From positions 1 to 62,715 of the IMG/VR virus record IMGVR_UViG_3300008108_000056: a stretch of DNA of 62,715 nt. One strand, given 5' to 3'. A program made the position numbers and the translations under genes. Below the pieces are notes generated by a model. That model saw only the letters and a list, made by a program, of their open reading frames with translations, was not told the origin of the DNA and did no database searches. This DNA comes from a virus. Taxonomy: Duplodnaviria; Caudoviricetes. Positions 36,187 to 46,199 of this stretch are shown here, in pieces (position 1 is the first letter of the stretch; the number at the start of each line of letters is the position of its first letter).

Positions 36187-37800
36187 ATGCAAATTGAATC
36201 AGTATGTATTGTTGGGGGTGGATCATCTGGTTGGATGACTGCCGCAGCACTAAGCAAATTGTGCCCAAAATTGCAGATCGCATTGATTGAATCACCAACA
36301 GTAAAAACAATTGGTGTTGGTGAATCTACCTTAGGTCACATTAATAGATTTTTAGATCTTCTTGATTTAAAAGATGAAGATTGGATGGCAGAATGTAATG
36401 CCACCTATAAAAATTCTATTCGTTTTACTAACTTTAGAAAAAATGATGGTACTCATTTTGAGTATCCTTTTGCATCTGGATTTGACTATACTGATAAGTA
36501 TGCAGGTCTTCTTACATGGGCAGATCTATCTGTTTTATATCCAGATGAATTTACTCCAGAAACTTTTGCAGAATTTTATGCAACTGGGAATACATTCCTA
36601 GCAAAATACAATAAAGAATGTAGAAATGAAGACGGAGTATTTAGAAATTTTGATTTCAAATATGATACTGCATACCATATGGATGCAGAGAAGTTTGGAC
36701 AATATTTAAAGAATAAGATTGCTATTCCAAATGGAGTTCAGTATCTAGTTGGTAATGTTTGTAAGTATCAGATTGATGATACTACGAAGAATATCACCAC
36801 AATTGTGACAGAAGATGATCTTGCGATCTCTGCAGATCTTTTTATTGATTGTACTGGATTTAAATCTCTTCTTTTAGAGGGATTTATGGGATCTAGATTT
36901 CAATCCTTCTCGAATATGCTTGCAAATAATAAAGCAATGGCATGTAGACTTCCTTATGTTGATCGGGAAGAGGAGATGGAAAATGTCACCAACTGTACTG
37001 CAATTGAGAATGGTTGGGTTTGGAATATTCCTCTTTGGAATCGTATTGGTACTGGATACGTTTATTCTAGTAGATTTGTTGAAAAAGATGTTGCAGAACA
37101 GGAATTTCGTACACATCTCTCAAGAGATCCAAGATTTGTCAAACGTGTCGAAGAAGCAGAAATATTTCATATTGATATCAAACATGGTAAGAGAGCTCGT
37201 GCTTGGGTGAATAATGTTGTTGGTGTTGGTTTATCCTATGCATTTGTAGAACCACTAGAATCAACTGGTTTACTTACAACTCATGAGAATATTATTAAAT
37301 TAATTGAGACCTTGAATAGAAGAGATGGGTATGTCTCTAGAATGGATATTGATGGATTTAATTTTGCATGTGATTATGAAATGAATGGGTGGCAACAATT
37401 TATTGCTGTTCATTATGGTATGTCCATGAGAACAGACACTCCATATTGGAGATGGTGTACTCAAGTAAATGAATACATTCCTGATATTTTTGATGGACTT
37501 CTCAGGGAACCAAGAGGAATTCAGAATTTCTATTTCCAGACTAACGTTTCACGTGCTTGGAATGAAGATCTTCAAGGTGTAAATTATATTGCAGCAGGAA
37601 TGGGATTGAAACCACATTCAACTAAAGAAGTTGTAATGAATAGTATACGTAGAAGTGGTTTTAATGATGATGTTATTGCCGATTCAAAGAGAAAATATGA
37701 ACAGTATAGGGATTATGTAATTGATTATGTTAAGAAACTACCATCGCATTATCAATATCTTCGTGATAACATCTATAATGGGGTTGATCAATATATCTGA
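36187..37800 (+). CDS. flavin-dependent halogenase (tryptophan halogenase PrnA family)
   Basis: VGGGSSG FAD motif, IGVGEST, catalytic Lys in ATYKNSI, FIDCTG, GWVWNIP (WxWxIP), FVEPLESTG. Confidence 0.93.
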   Translation: MQIESVCIVGGGSSGWMTAAALSKLCPKLQIALIESPTVKTIGVGESTLGHINRFLDLLDLKDEDWMAECNATYKNSIRFTNFRKNDGTHFEYPFASGFDYTDKYAGLLTWADLSVLYPDEFTPETFAEFYATGNTFLAKYNKECRNEDGVFRNFDFKYDTAYHMDAEKFGQYLKNKIAIPNGVQYLVGNVCKYQIDDTTKNITTIVTEDDLAISADLFIDCTGFKSLLLEGFMGSRFQSFSNMLANNKAMACRLPYVDREEEMENVTNCTAIENGWVWNIPLWNRIGTGYVYSSRFVEKDVAEQEFRTHLSRDPRFVKRVEEAEIFHIDIKHGKRARAWVNNVVGVGLSYAFVEPLESTGLLTTHENIIKLIETLNRRDGYVSRMDIDGFNFACDYEMNGWQQFIAVHYGMSMRTDTPYWRWCTQVNEYIPDIFDGLLREPRGIQNFYFQTNVSRAWNEDLQGVNYIAAGMGLKPHSTKEVVMNSIRRSGFNDDVIADSKRKYEQYRDYVIDYVKKLPSHYQYLRDNIYNGVDQYI

Positions 37801-37808
37801 GGTTTGTT

Positions 37809-38585
37809 ATGATTTTTGGTAAAAAAAGTTGGATCAGGTTCTATTCATTGGAACCTGCAGTTGTTGATCTGTTCCCAATAGTTCCAGCAGGTACTCTTCA
37901 CAGAACATGGAGACAACCAGAAATTAAAAAGAAAAAATGTCCATTTTCTGGTTTATCTTCCTCTTCTAATTGTCCAGCAATTACAACATTTTCTAGTCTT
38001 GGATATGTAGTTGTTGCTCCTGCAGATTTTATTATTAAGACTGATGGAGATGGAGTTAGTTTCAATTGGCAAACCAATTGTATTTTCACAAAAGGTATGA
38101 ATGGATACATTGCTAGTCATGATGAAGCACAAACAGTTCCTATCTTGGATGATCCAGATAATACATTAAAGACAATTATTAAAATTGAAACACCTTGGAG
38201 AGTAAAAGCATCTGATGATGTAGTTCTTCTACAAACACCAGTTCATTATATGAATGAAAATAGGTTTAGTGTTGCAACAGGTATTTTGGATCCTAAATTT
38301 GCTCATGTTGTGAATGTTCAAATGTTTTGGAAAGTTTTAAATGGTGAGACAGTAATCAAGGCAGGTACACCATTAGCACAATATATACCTATGAGTAGAA
38401 AGTATCTCTCACCTAAGAATTTTGATCTTATTGTTGACAAAGCTGGAAAAATAGAATATGATCTTGAGGAATCGTTTCAGTATGCTAATACTGCAAATAT
38501 TTTGAAATATGATTCCATTCAAAATCGAATTAATAGGGTAACAAGAGTTTTAAATTCGTATCGAAACAAAAACAATAAATTATAG
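37809..38585 (+). CDS. conserved phage protein (dUTPase-like / DUF6065-like fold)
   Basis: CP.....GY, K..TPW, GILD, IKAGTPLAQYIP pattern. Confidence 0.55.
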   Translation: MIFGKKSWIRFYSLEPAVVDLFPIVPAGTLHRTWRQPEIKKKKCPFSGLSSSSNCPAITTFSSLGYVVVAPADFIIKTDGDGVSFNWQTNCIFTKGMNGYIASHDEAQTVPILDDPDNTLKTIIKIETPWRVKASDDVVLLQTPVHYMNENRFSVATGILDPKFAHVVNVQMFWKVLNGETVIKAGTPLAQYIPMSRKYLSPKNFDLIVDKAGKIEYDLEESFQYANTANILKYDSIQNRINRVTRVLNSYRNKNNKL

Positions 38586-38596
38586 GAGTATCGAAA

Positions 38597-38806
38597 ATGA
38601 CAATTGATGAACTTATTGAAAATTTTCAAGCGCAACATGCCGAAAAAATGGAAGAATTTACTAAAGTGGAAAGTGAATTACAAGATCCAGTATTAAACCC
38701 ATATGGTGTTACCAAAATTGATTTTGGTAAGAGAGAGGATCTCAGAGTTGATATTATTAAATTAGAAGGTGCTATTGAAGCTTTACAACTATTCAAAACT
38801 CTATGA
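38597..38806 (+). CDS. hypothetical coiled-coil protein
   Basis: AGGAG RBS; KLEGAIEAL. Confidence 0.65.
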   Translation: MTIDELIENFQAQHAEKMEEFTKVESELQDPVLNPYGVTKIDFGKREDLRVDIIKLEGAIEALQLFKTL

Positions 38807-38809
38807 TAA

Positions 38810-39382
38810 ATGAAACCAATACATTTATGGAAACCTCTTGTATGGAAATTTGAATATGAATTTCCACAAGAAAAGTTAATTTCAAAATTAACTGATCTAA
38901 AAGAAAAAATTGTTTCACCATCGGCATTAGAAGTTGGTGATTCTTTTTCAACTGTAAGTGTCAATCCAAAACATAGACCACATCTTTGGGAAGAACTACA
39001 AGATTTTAATAATTTTTTGAAGTTTAAAATTGCATTTTTGTGGGATGAGTATGAGTTTAATATGAAAACACATTCTCATATTCAAGAATCATGGTTTAAT
39101 AGTCATAAAAATACAGGTATGACATTAGAGCATTATCACAATAATATAAATCTTGTAGTCACTTCCTATATCAAATTACCTGAAAATTCTGGTTATATTG
39201 AATTTAGAGATCCATTAGAATATCATTGGTCAAATACTCCTATTGTTCCTGAGCAAAAATTATGGACTGAGGTGAAATGTAAAACAAATGATGTCTTAAT
39301 GTTTCCTGGTTGGTTAAGACATAGGGTACAGGAAAATAAATCTAATGACGAGAGAATAGTACTAACTTACAATATAGTTTAA
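38810..39382 (+). CDS. 2OG-Fe(II) oxygenase (TIGR02466-like)
   Basis: SWFN...HYH, YIKLPENSG.IEFRDP, FPGWLRHRV, ERIV. Confidence 0.85.
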   Translation: MKPIHLWKPLVWKFEYEFPQEKLISKLTDLKEKIVSPSALEVGDSFSTVSVNPKHRPHLWEELQDFNNFLKFKIAFLWDEYEFNMKTHSHIQESWFNSHKNTGMTLEHYHNNINLVVTSYIKLPENSGYIEFRDPLEYHWSNTPIVPEQKLWTEVKCKTNDVLMFPGWLRHRVQENKSNDERIVLTYNIV

Positions 39383-39386
39383 CACG

Positions 39387-39965
39387 ATGGAATTACATTA
39401 TTGGTTTCCAACTCCAATTTGGTCTTGTAAATTGGATTATGATTGGAATAAACTTGTAGATTATGCATATGATCTCAGAAGTAAAGATTCTGGTAGAGAA
39501 GTATCGAATGTCAATGCTTGGCAATCTAATGATTTATATTATGATGACCATTCTCCCATTGCAGATCTCATTAATATTTTAAATATAAAAACGGAAGAAT
39601 GCCTCTATGAGTTTAAATTGCAGACAAATGGTATTAAATTAGGTAATTATTGGATAAATATCAATCCTCCAGGAGGATTCAATACCTCACATATACATAC
39701 TGGAACTTTTTTATCTGGTGTTTACTATGCTAAAGCAGATAAAAAAACAGGAAATATTAAATTTGAAAATGACTCACTAAAATCTTATATTTATGGAGAA
39801 TATAAAAGAATAGGTGATAGTCCAATTACACATACTGATTGTAAATACATTCCAGAACCAGGAATGTTAATTATATTTCCATCATGGATTCCCCATTCAG
39901 TTGAAGTAAATAATTCAACAGAAGAAAGAATTTCTTTATCGTTTAACTCTAGGATCATAACATGA
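39387..39965 (+). CDS. 2OG-Fe(II) oxygenase (TIGR02466-like)
   Basis: WFPTPIW, WININ..GGFN.SHIH, LSGVYY, FPSWIPHSV, ERISLSFN. Confidence 0.9.
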   Translation: MELHYWFPTPIWSCKLDYDWNKLVDYAYDLRSKDSGREVSNVNAWQSNDLYYDDHSPIADLINILNIKTEECLYEFKLQTNGIKLGNYWININPPGGFNTSHIHTGTFLSGVYYAKADKKTGNIKFENDSLKSYIYGEYKRIGDSPITHTDCKYIPEPGMLIIFPSWIPHSVEVNNSTEERISLSFNSRIIT

Positions 39966-40606
39966 CACATATTTTACCTACTATCGTTGTTGATAATTTT
40001 TTTGAGACACCATCTTTAGTGAGAGATTATGCTTTAAGCTTAGAATTCTTTAAAGGTGATCGTGGAAATTGGCCAGGAATCAGAACAGAATTTATTGATA
40101 GAATAAACTCAGAATTATTTCAAGTTATTGCAAAAAATTTGATTGCAAATTTAAAGGGATATACTGGATTTTCTGAATTGCAAGCAACGTTTCAACTTGT
40201 TAGTGAAATTCATGAGTGTGGATGGATTCATAATGATGATACTAGATTTAACATGGGTGCGGTTATTTTTCTGAATCCTGAACCACCAGTAGATACGGGA
40301 TTTTCAATTTATGAATCATTGGTTAATCCTGGTAGTTTTTATTGGGAACAACATCAAAAGATGAAGGAAGAATATTTTTCTAAGTTTCAAAAGCAGGTAG
40401 AAACTGAAGATGTGGAAGAAATTAAAAAATATACAGAATATAGGGATAAACATAATTCAACATACAAAGAAACTATTAAATTTCAAAATAAATTTAATAG
40501 AGCACTTATTTTTTCAAGTACAAAAGATCATGCAGCACAAAATTTCTTTGGTACTACTAAGGAGGATTCTAGATTAACACTTGTTTGCTTTGGTAAGGCA
40601 ATATGA
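39962..40606 (+). CDS. 2OG-Fe(II) oxygenase (DUF6445-like)
   Basis: VVDNFFETP, WPGIRT, WIHND, NKFNRALIF...HAA, SRLT. Confidence 0.8.
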   Translation: MTHILPTIVVDNFFETPSLVRDYALSLEFFKGDRGNWPGIRTEFIDRINSELFQVIAKNLIANLKGYTGFSELQATFQLVSEIHECGWIHNDDTRFNMGAVIFLNPEPPVDTGFSIYESLVNPGSFYWEQHQKMKEEYFSKFQKQVETEDVEEIKKYTEYRDKHNSTYKETIKFQNKFNRALIFSSTKDHAAQNFFGTTKEDSRLTLVCFGKAI

Positions 40607-41211
40607 AAAAAGTTGAACATGTGAAAAATGCTATATCATCTGAATTGTGTTACTTTCTTTCATTGCAATATGAAATGATGAGAGACAATTTGGTAAATTA
40701 TGCCCATGCTTTTCAAGATCCAATGTGCTTGGGTAATTTTTCTTGGTATTCACCTCTGCAATTTGAAGCACTGATGGAATATCTTATTCCTACTATTGAG
40801 AAGCATACTGAATTAAATTTACATCCAACCTATTCTTATGCTAGAATATACACTAATGGTGCATCTATGGGGAAGCATACTGATAGGAGGAGTTCTGAAA
40901 TTGCTGTAACCTGTTGTTTAAAACGTGATGTTGACTGGCCAATATGGTTTGAAGTTGATGGTGAAGAATATCCCATTAATATGAATGTTGGTGATATTTG
41001 CATTTATCGGGGAATGGAAGTTCCTCACTGGAGAAATACCTACACTGGAAATACTCAAGTTCAAGCATTTCTAATGTATGTTGATGCTGATGGTCCGTAT
41101 AATTATTTTAAGTATGATACTAGACCACGATTAGCAGCTCCATATGAATCTACTCATCAAATTATCAAAGATGAAATGGCAGGAATTATTAAAAATCCAG
41201 AAGAATATTAA
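40603..41211 (+). CDS. 2OG-Fe(II) oxygenase (prolyl-hydroxylase-like)
   Basis: PTYSYARIY, KHTDR.S.EI, WPIWF, GD..IYRG...PHWR. Confidence 0.85.
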   Translation: MKKVEHVKNAISSELCYFLSLQYEMMRDNLVNYAHAFQDPMCLGNFSWYSPLQFEALMEYLIPTIEKHTELNLHPTYSYARIYTNGASMGKHTDRRSSEIAVTCCLKRDVDWPIWFEVDGEEYPINMNVGDICIYRGMEVPHWRNTYTGNTQVQAFLMYVDADGPYNYFKYDTRPRLAAPYESTHQIIKDEMAGIIKNPEEY

Positions 41212-41213
41212 TT

Positions 41214-41918
41214 ATGACTCTTATTAATAAACTATTACAGCAGCAGGATTATCTAATCAATGATAAACCATTTGTTATTAAAAATGCTTTAGAGGATTCT
41301 TCTAAGTATTTGTCATGGAAGGATGTAGAATACTGTATAAATTTTCCGTCAAAGTATACTTTTGATTGTATTAATTCCAATACACAAAATAAAATCGAGT
41401 ATAGTAGATATAAACCATTTTGGATGCATCATTATGTTCCTGATAAAAGAGAATTGTTTGATATACTTTTAAATGGTCATACCGTATCTATTTGTAATTA
41501 TGGAGAACATAATGAACTTACAAATAGTCTCTGTAAAAGTTTAGAGGATGTTTTTGCAGTCACTACTAGCATACATGCTTATTGTGGATATAGTGAATCG
41601 AAATCTTTCAGAGTGCATTGTGATTACCCAGCAAATTTTATCATTCAATGTGAAGGATCTACGAACTGGAAAGTTTACAATAATAAACTATCACATCTAC
41701 TAGTTCTCAAACCAACAAATAGAATGATATGTAATGATGAATTAGAAATTGCAATAGATGTTGACATGGAACCAGGAGACCTACTTTACATTCCATCTAG
41801 ACATTATCATTGTGCAACACCACTCACAAAAAGACTATCAATGAGTATTCCATGTGTGCCACTAATCAATGAGGTGCAAAAATTAGATCGTCAAATCTAT
41901 AGTTTGTTGGAGGTATAG
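41214..41918 (+). CDS. JmjC/cupin (ROXA-like) oxygenase
   Basis: SFRVHCD...FIIQCEG...WKV, MEPGDLLYIPSRHYH. Confidence 0.85.
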   Translation: MTLINKLLQQQDYLINDKPFVIKNALEDSSKYLSWKDVEYCINFPSKYTFDCINSNTQNKIEYSRYKPFWMHHYVPDKRELFDILLNGHTVSICNYGEHNELTNSLCKSLEDVFAVTTSIHAYCGYSESKSFRVHCDYPANFIIQCEGSTNWKVYNNKLSHLLVLKPTNRMICNDELEIAIDVDMEPGDLLYIPSRHYHCATPLTKRLSMSIPCVPLINEVQKLDRQIYSLLEV

Positions 41919-41922
41919 ATTT

Positions 41923-42513
41923 ATGGAAGATATTATTGTAATTGATGATATTGTCCCTCCTATACACTCTGATTACATTCTAGGTAAGATATCAACAGAT
42001 AAATTTCCATGGTTCTTCATGCCAACCATTGTTGACTTGACAACAGAATCATCAGATTACAATATCTCAGGATTTAATCACTTTCTTCTAGAGAATGGTA
42101 ATAAAGTATCTGACTATTTTGAATGTTTTTATCCAATTATATTAAGTGCTCTAGAGAAATCAAAAATTAAGAGTAAAGCATTGATTAGAATGAGATTGAA
42201 TTTACATACTAATCACAGAGAATCTACATTAGACTATCATCTTCCACATATTGATTCTTTTTTCCCTCATTATAATATGATCTATTACTTAAATGATAGT
42301 GATGGAGATACTTATATTTTTAATGAAACTAACGATCAATTTTCTGTAGAATATGATAGGGATGTAGTTTCTAAAAATTCATTTACAATTAAGCAAACAA
42401 TTTCACCAAAGAAAGGTAGAATAGTAATATTTCCAGGTCAATATTATCATGCATCTTCATATCCAAAGAAATCAATTTTTAGATCTGTTCTGAACGTCAA
42501 TCTTTCTATGTAA
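41923..42513 (+). CDS. 2OG-Fe(II) oxygenase
   Basis: FPWFF, PHID, YYLNDSDGDT, PKKGR...F....YHAS. Confidence 0.87.
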   Translation: MEDIIVIDDIVPPIHSDYILGKISTDKFPWFFMPTIVDLTTESSDYNISGFNHFLLENGNKVSDYFECFYPIILSALEKSKIKSKALIRMRLNLHTNHRESTLDYHLPHIDSFFPHYNMIYYLNDSDGDTYIFNETNDQFSVEYDRDVVSKNSFTIKQTISPKKGRIVIFPGQYYHASSYPKKSIFRSVLNVNLSM

Positions 42514-42515
42514 TT

Positions 42516-43319
42516 ATGATAAATTCAATACATGATTTTAGAATTTTCAACCCTAATTATCTTGATTTTGCAAAAGAAATTAGGGTTAAACATATTGATG
42601 ATTGGAAATATGAATATTTTAAATTGACCGATAACATTGGATATTGGTTAGCAGAATCACCATTTTATGATGATGGATTTGAGAAGTTTAAATCTTTTGT
42701 TAGTCAATGTCCAATATGTCATTTAAACAATGAAGAGATGTGTGATGATTCTAATCCATTTTCTACCATACATCTTCCTCACTGGTCATATTCTGCTATA
42801 ATTAATTTAATAAAGCAATTTTATGATAGGGAAATATACGGAAATAACTATATTCATAATCCAACCCAATCCGAATGGGGAAATATATTTGACTCTAGCA
42901 TAAGTAAACCTTTAAAATGGTCTGCATTTCCCCATCTAGATTATGCCTATGGGATTGTCGGTAATATGTGGTTCACGAATCATAATCTAGAAGATACTGG
43001 AACAGCATTATATGAGTACAGTGGAAAAATTTATAACATTCATTATGACTTCATGGTTGATAAATCACATCCATTATATGAAGATTGGCAAAAAATTTAT
43101 AATAATGAAAGATCCCCAAATTGGTTAACGATATCACAGAATGAATTAGAAAAATGGGGATTTAAAAGAGTTGGTATTGTACCAACAAAATATAATGGAA
43201 TGTCATTATATAAAAGTAATGTCCCACATAATCCATATATTACAGAAAGATGCAAATTTAGATGGTCTCATACATTTGCTTTTTCACATGAAAAGTTCAT
43301 AGTCAACACTAGTCTTTGA
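42516..43319 (+). CDS. probable 2OG-Fe(II) oxygenase
   Basis: PHLD, GNMWF, TGTALY, KYN...LY....PH.P. Confidence 0.7.
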   Translation: MINSIHDFRIFNPNYLDFAKEIRVKHIDDWKYEYFKLTDNIGYWLAESPFYDDGFEKFKSFVSQCPICHLNNEEMCDDSNPFSTIHLPHWSYSAIINLIKQFYDREIYGNNYIHNPTQSEWGNIFDSSISKPLKWSAFPHLDYAYGIVGNMWFTNHNLEDTGTALYEYSGKIYNIHYDFMVDKSHPLYEDWQKIYNNERSPNWLTISQNELEKWGFKRVGIVPTKYNGMSLYKSNVPHNPYITERCKFRWSHTFAFSHEKFIVNTSL

Positions 43320-43846
43320 GAGAATACTTTTGGACATCCACTAGCATGATAATGCTTTCCATCAAAACAAATTAGTTTTCCCTTTTCTGGAGTAATTCTT
43401 TGTTTAATAGTATATTTGGAACTCTTTTCAGTCTCATTGAAAATATAAGTATCACCATCACAATCATTCAAATAGTATAATGCCACCATATGATCATATT
43501 CAAAATCAATATGGGGATTATTATACATGTATGGTTGACTAGGCAAGTTGTACACTGTATTCAGTAGAAAACCTAACCTCATTCGGTATAATTCTTTCAA
43601 TTTGAGATTTTCACGACTCAAATACTCTAATAGAATTGGATAAAATACATTTGTATATTGATTTGTTCTACCATTATTGTAAAGTACATTACCAAAACCA
43701 TGAGTAGATCTTCTACCTTCATAGGTTTTTTCATAGGTTACTTCTTCTAGATAATGCCAATCAAAATCGATATTGGTTACAATATCAAGAAGAAAATTTT
43801 GTTGTGACTTTGGGATTATGTTATAAATTGTTGTTATATCACTCAT
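43268..43846 (-). CDS. 2OG-Fe(II) oxygenase (paralog of 41923-42513)
   Basis: PHID, YYLNDCDGDTYIFNET, PEKGK...FDG..YHAS; likely start MSDITT at 43846. Confidence 0.85.
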   Translation of the reverse strand: MSDITTIYNIIPKSQQNFLLDIVTNIDFDWHYLEEVTYEKTYEGRRSTHGFGNVLYNNGRTNQYTNVFYPILLEYLSRENLKLKELYRMRLGFLLNTVYNLPSQPYMYNNPHIDFEYDHMVALYYLNDCDGDTYIFNETEKSSKYTIKQRITPEKGKLICFDGKHYHASGCPKVFSQRLVLTMNFSCEKANV

Positions 43847-43881
43847 AATACAATGACTTGAACTATTTTTATGTAGGGGGG

Positions 43882-43910
43882 TTGACAACCACCTGAACCT
43901 GTGCCATAGT
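43882..43910 (+). promoter_or_regulatory. sigma70-type early promoter
   Basis: GGGGG-TTGACA-17 bp-CATAGT with extended TG. Confidence 0.7.
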
Positions 43911-43933
43911 ATCTGGGTAACGACAGACTTTCG

Positions 43934-44152
43934 ATGACACACCATGATCTACTGATTGACACCTTGATGACGTATCTGTATGCTGCGTACAATAAAGGTC
44001 GAAATGATGAACTCTGGGATCACTATCATGATGGTGAAGTGATAGCACAAGAAATTCTAGAAACTGTTGAAGAGTTTCAACAAATGAGAGCAAATGTCGG
44101 TAAGAAAGTAACCTATCTGAAACCTAGACCACAATGGAGGGCATCTGACTAA
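43934..44152 (+). CDS. hypothetical protein
   Basis: First ORF after the promoter; coupled to the next ORF. Confidence 0.6.
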   Translation: MTHHDLLIDTLMTYLYAAYNKGRNDELWDHYHDGEVIAQEILETVEEFQQMRANVGKKVTYLKPRPQWRASD

Positions 44153-44346
44153 TGGCACTATCACAACAAGTACAAGAGTCTCTGAATGAGGCACAATCAG
44201 CACTGCGTAATGCACTTGCATTTGCTGCACGAAACGAACGTCCTGTAGTTTGTAATGCAATCTCAGAATCTATTTGTCGCATTGAACAGATTCAATCTTT
44301 CGATGGATTGATGGACAAACTAGAAAGCATGAACTATGACAAATAA
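44152..44346 (+). CDS. conserved hypothetical cyanophage protein
   Basis: MALSQQV..SL.EA...LRNALAFAARNERP; GGAGG RBS. Confidence 0.7.
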   Translation: MALSQQVQESLNEAQSALRNALAFAARNERPVVCNAISESICRIEQIQSFDGLMDKLESMNYDK

Positions 44347-44509
44347 GACAACACCTGAAAATGTAGCAGAAGCAAACTGGGGTTTGTTCCGTGCTACAAT
44401 GAATCTTCCTGCTGCAGCAGATCACTGCGGCATGACTCAAAAAGAAATGAAAATGACCTTTCGTGAATTCCTAAAGTATCATGAACCAGACTATTCCGAA
44501 TCTAACTGA
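44336..44509 (+). CDS. small HTH-like hypothetical protein (57 aa)
   Basis: TTPENVAEAN...MNLPAAADHCGMTQKEMKMTFREFLK; below track cutoff. Confidence 0.55.
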   Translation: MTNKTTPENVAEANWGLFRATMNLPAAADHCGMTQKEMKMTFREFLKYHEPDYSESN

Positions 44510-44656
44510 TCGTCAGTGGCAGACTGTTTATAATGCAGTTCGACGGTATCAATTTGAGAAGTGCATTCTCGATTCTAAAGATTATTGGGAATGTTCGGAA
44601 ATCCTTGACGAACTGTTTGATCTGGTCTATACTCAGACCAGAGAACAAACAACCTA

Positions 44657-44842
44657 ATGAAACACCTAAGAGTTATGAGAGTCTGTGATTTGTTACAGGA
44701 TGCGAGAGATCGTATGCTTGAACTTGACGAATCTGAAGATGCTGCTACACTAGAATTGCTTTATCAGAAGTATACTAAACTCTATCATGAATATCTTCGT
44801 GACCTCTACGAATCCACACCAGTCAGCAAGAGTTCTTCCTGA
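44657..44842 (+). CDS. hypothetical protein
   Basis: Packed ORF; overlaps the next gene. Confidence 0.45.
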   Translation: MKHLRVMRVCDLLQDARDRMLELDESEDAATLELLYQKYTKLYHEYLRDLYESTPVSKSSS

Positions 44843-45314
44843 CAAACATGTGGTCAAGATGCCACTAGAATGTTGTCAGATGCTCTCTATCATATATTCT
44901 AAGTGGTATTATGATTGGGGTACACTTCCCAAGAAAGATGGGTGTGATTATGAGACCAAGGGTGGAGCATTTCGCAACCATCCTTGTACTCAATGGGCAG
45001 CAAAGAACATCTACAATACTGCGTGGTTGATTGTACATGGTCTTGCACTTTGTACCGAATACAAGTATCGGTATGGTAAGATTCATGCATGTAACAAATC
45101 TCTGTTTGAGGCAAAGAAATTGTTTCATGAGAAGACAGGTAAGGCAATTACATGTTATTGTATGGCAGATAATTTTGCCCGTGCTATGCCCGATGAATAC
45201 AAACTAGATACTAGTATAGATACACCAACAGCATATATGATGTATGTTGCATCTAAACCTTGGGTAAAGGATAATTACCTTCGCAAACCTGATAGGAAAC
45301 CAGAATGGGTATAA
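44787..45314 (+). CDS. pyrimidine-dimer DNA glycosylase / endonuclease V family protein
   Basis: MNIF......A..L.DKHVVKM.LE..QMLS, NHPCTQW, EY..RYGK.H, AMPDEYK. Confidence 0.8.
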   Translation: MNIFVTSTNPHQSARVLPDKHVVKMPLECCQMLSIIYSKWYYDWGTLPKKDGCDYETKGGAFRNHPCTQWAAKNIYNTAWLIVHGLALCTEYKYRYGKIHACNKSLFEAKKLFHEKTGKAITCYCMADNFARAMPDEYKLDTSIDTPTAYMMYVASKPWVKDNYLRKPDRKPEWV

Positions 45315-45319
45315 GAAAC

Positions 45320-45562
45320 ATGTGGAGATTGTGGGCAAAAGCAATCGGGGAGAAAGCACACAAGAAGGATGATGTTGCAGATCAAGTGGCAATTCTTCGT
45401 ACTATTATTTTTGCTACTTATTTAATTACCAACTGCTTTATTGTTGCTGGTGTGATTCGACACTGGAACAAAGAAACTCAGGTACTTGTAGAAATCTACG
45501 AAGCACAACCTACAGTGCCATTGATCCAAACCAGTGTAAATCGTACAGGACAATTTGAATGA
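45320..45562 (+). CDS. small membrane protein
   Basis: MWRLWAKAIGEK...NCFIVAGVIRHW. Confidence 0.65.
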   Translation: MWRLWAKAIGEKAHKKDDVADQVAILRTIIFATYLITNCFIVAGVIRHWNKETQVLVEIYEAQPTVPLIQTSVNRTGQFE

Positions 45563-45768
45563 AAGAATTAATTGATGAGGTTTTTTATGTTGAACAAACT
45601 CCGTACAAACTATGGCATTCTTTTGACAAAGATGGCAAACCACTTATCACTTCCCTCACAGAAGAATTATGCATTTCTGCCACCAGGTTTTATCTTAAAG
45701 GAATACAAGAAGGATGGGGTCAAGATGTTGGCACTAAGTATGAGGGAACTGTAGGTGGAAAACTCTGA
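45559..45768 (+). CDS. hypothetical protein
   Basis: ATGA coupling; ends YEGTVGGKL. Confidence 0.65.
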   Translation: MKELIDEVFYVEQTPYKLWHSFDKDGKPLITSLTEELCISATRFYLKGIQEGWGQDVGTKYEGTVGGKL

Positions 45769-45918
45769 ATATCCTTACCACGAATTAGATCCAACAACTC
45801 CATGGTACGAGTGGTTAATGTACTGTGAGATTTGTCATCAACTTGGTGTAAAGGATCAACCTAAATTAGGTCGATATATGGCATATCGTAGGTATCTGAA
45901 GTATATGGGGATTCTCTG

Positions 45919-46197
45919 ATGTATTATGAGAATGAGAGACTCAATCAAATATATAGAGATACGTGGCCTAATTTGGGGTGGGCAAAGATGGATACAATCC
46001 GAGCAGGTAACACAGTAAGATTTTTAGGTTGCACACAAGAACAAATTCAATGGGGAAACAACGATGATCCAAATCCTAGTCTTTTCGTCAATGGTCTTTA
46101 TTATGTGGAGCATGTTGAAGTTCGTTCAAACCACACTAAAATAGAACTGCGTGGTGTAAAGGGTAAGTTTAATTCGGTATGTTTTGAGAAGATTTAA
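45919..46197 (+). CDS. hypothetical protein
   Basis: EQIQWGNNDDP...HTK..L....GKFNSVCF. Confidence 0.6.
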   Translation: MYYENERLNQIYRDTWPNLGWAKMDTIRAGNTVRFLGCTQEQIQWGNNDDPNPSLFVNGLYYVEHVEVRSNHTKIELRGVKGKFNSVCFEKI

Positions 46198-46199
46198 TC

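Noticed and set aside
38810-43846. Possibility that some 2OG enzymes are non-haem iron halogenases
   Set aside because: All show HxD or HxH first ligands, not the HxA/HxG substitution diagnostic of 2OG halogenases
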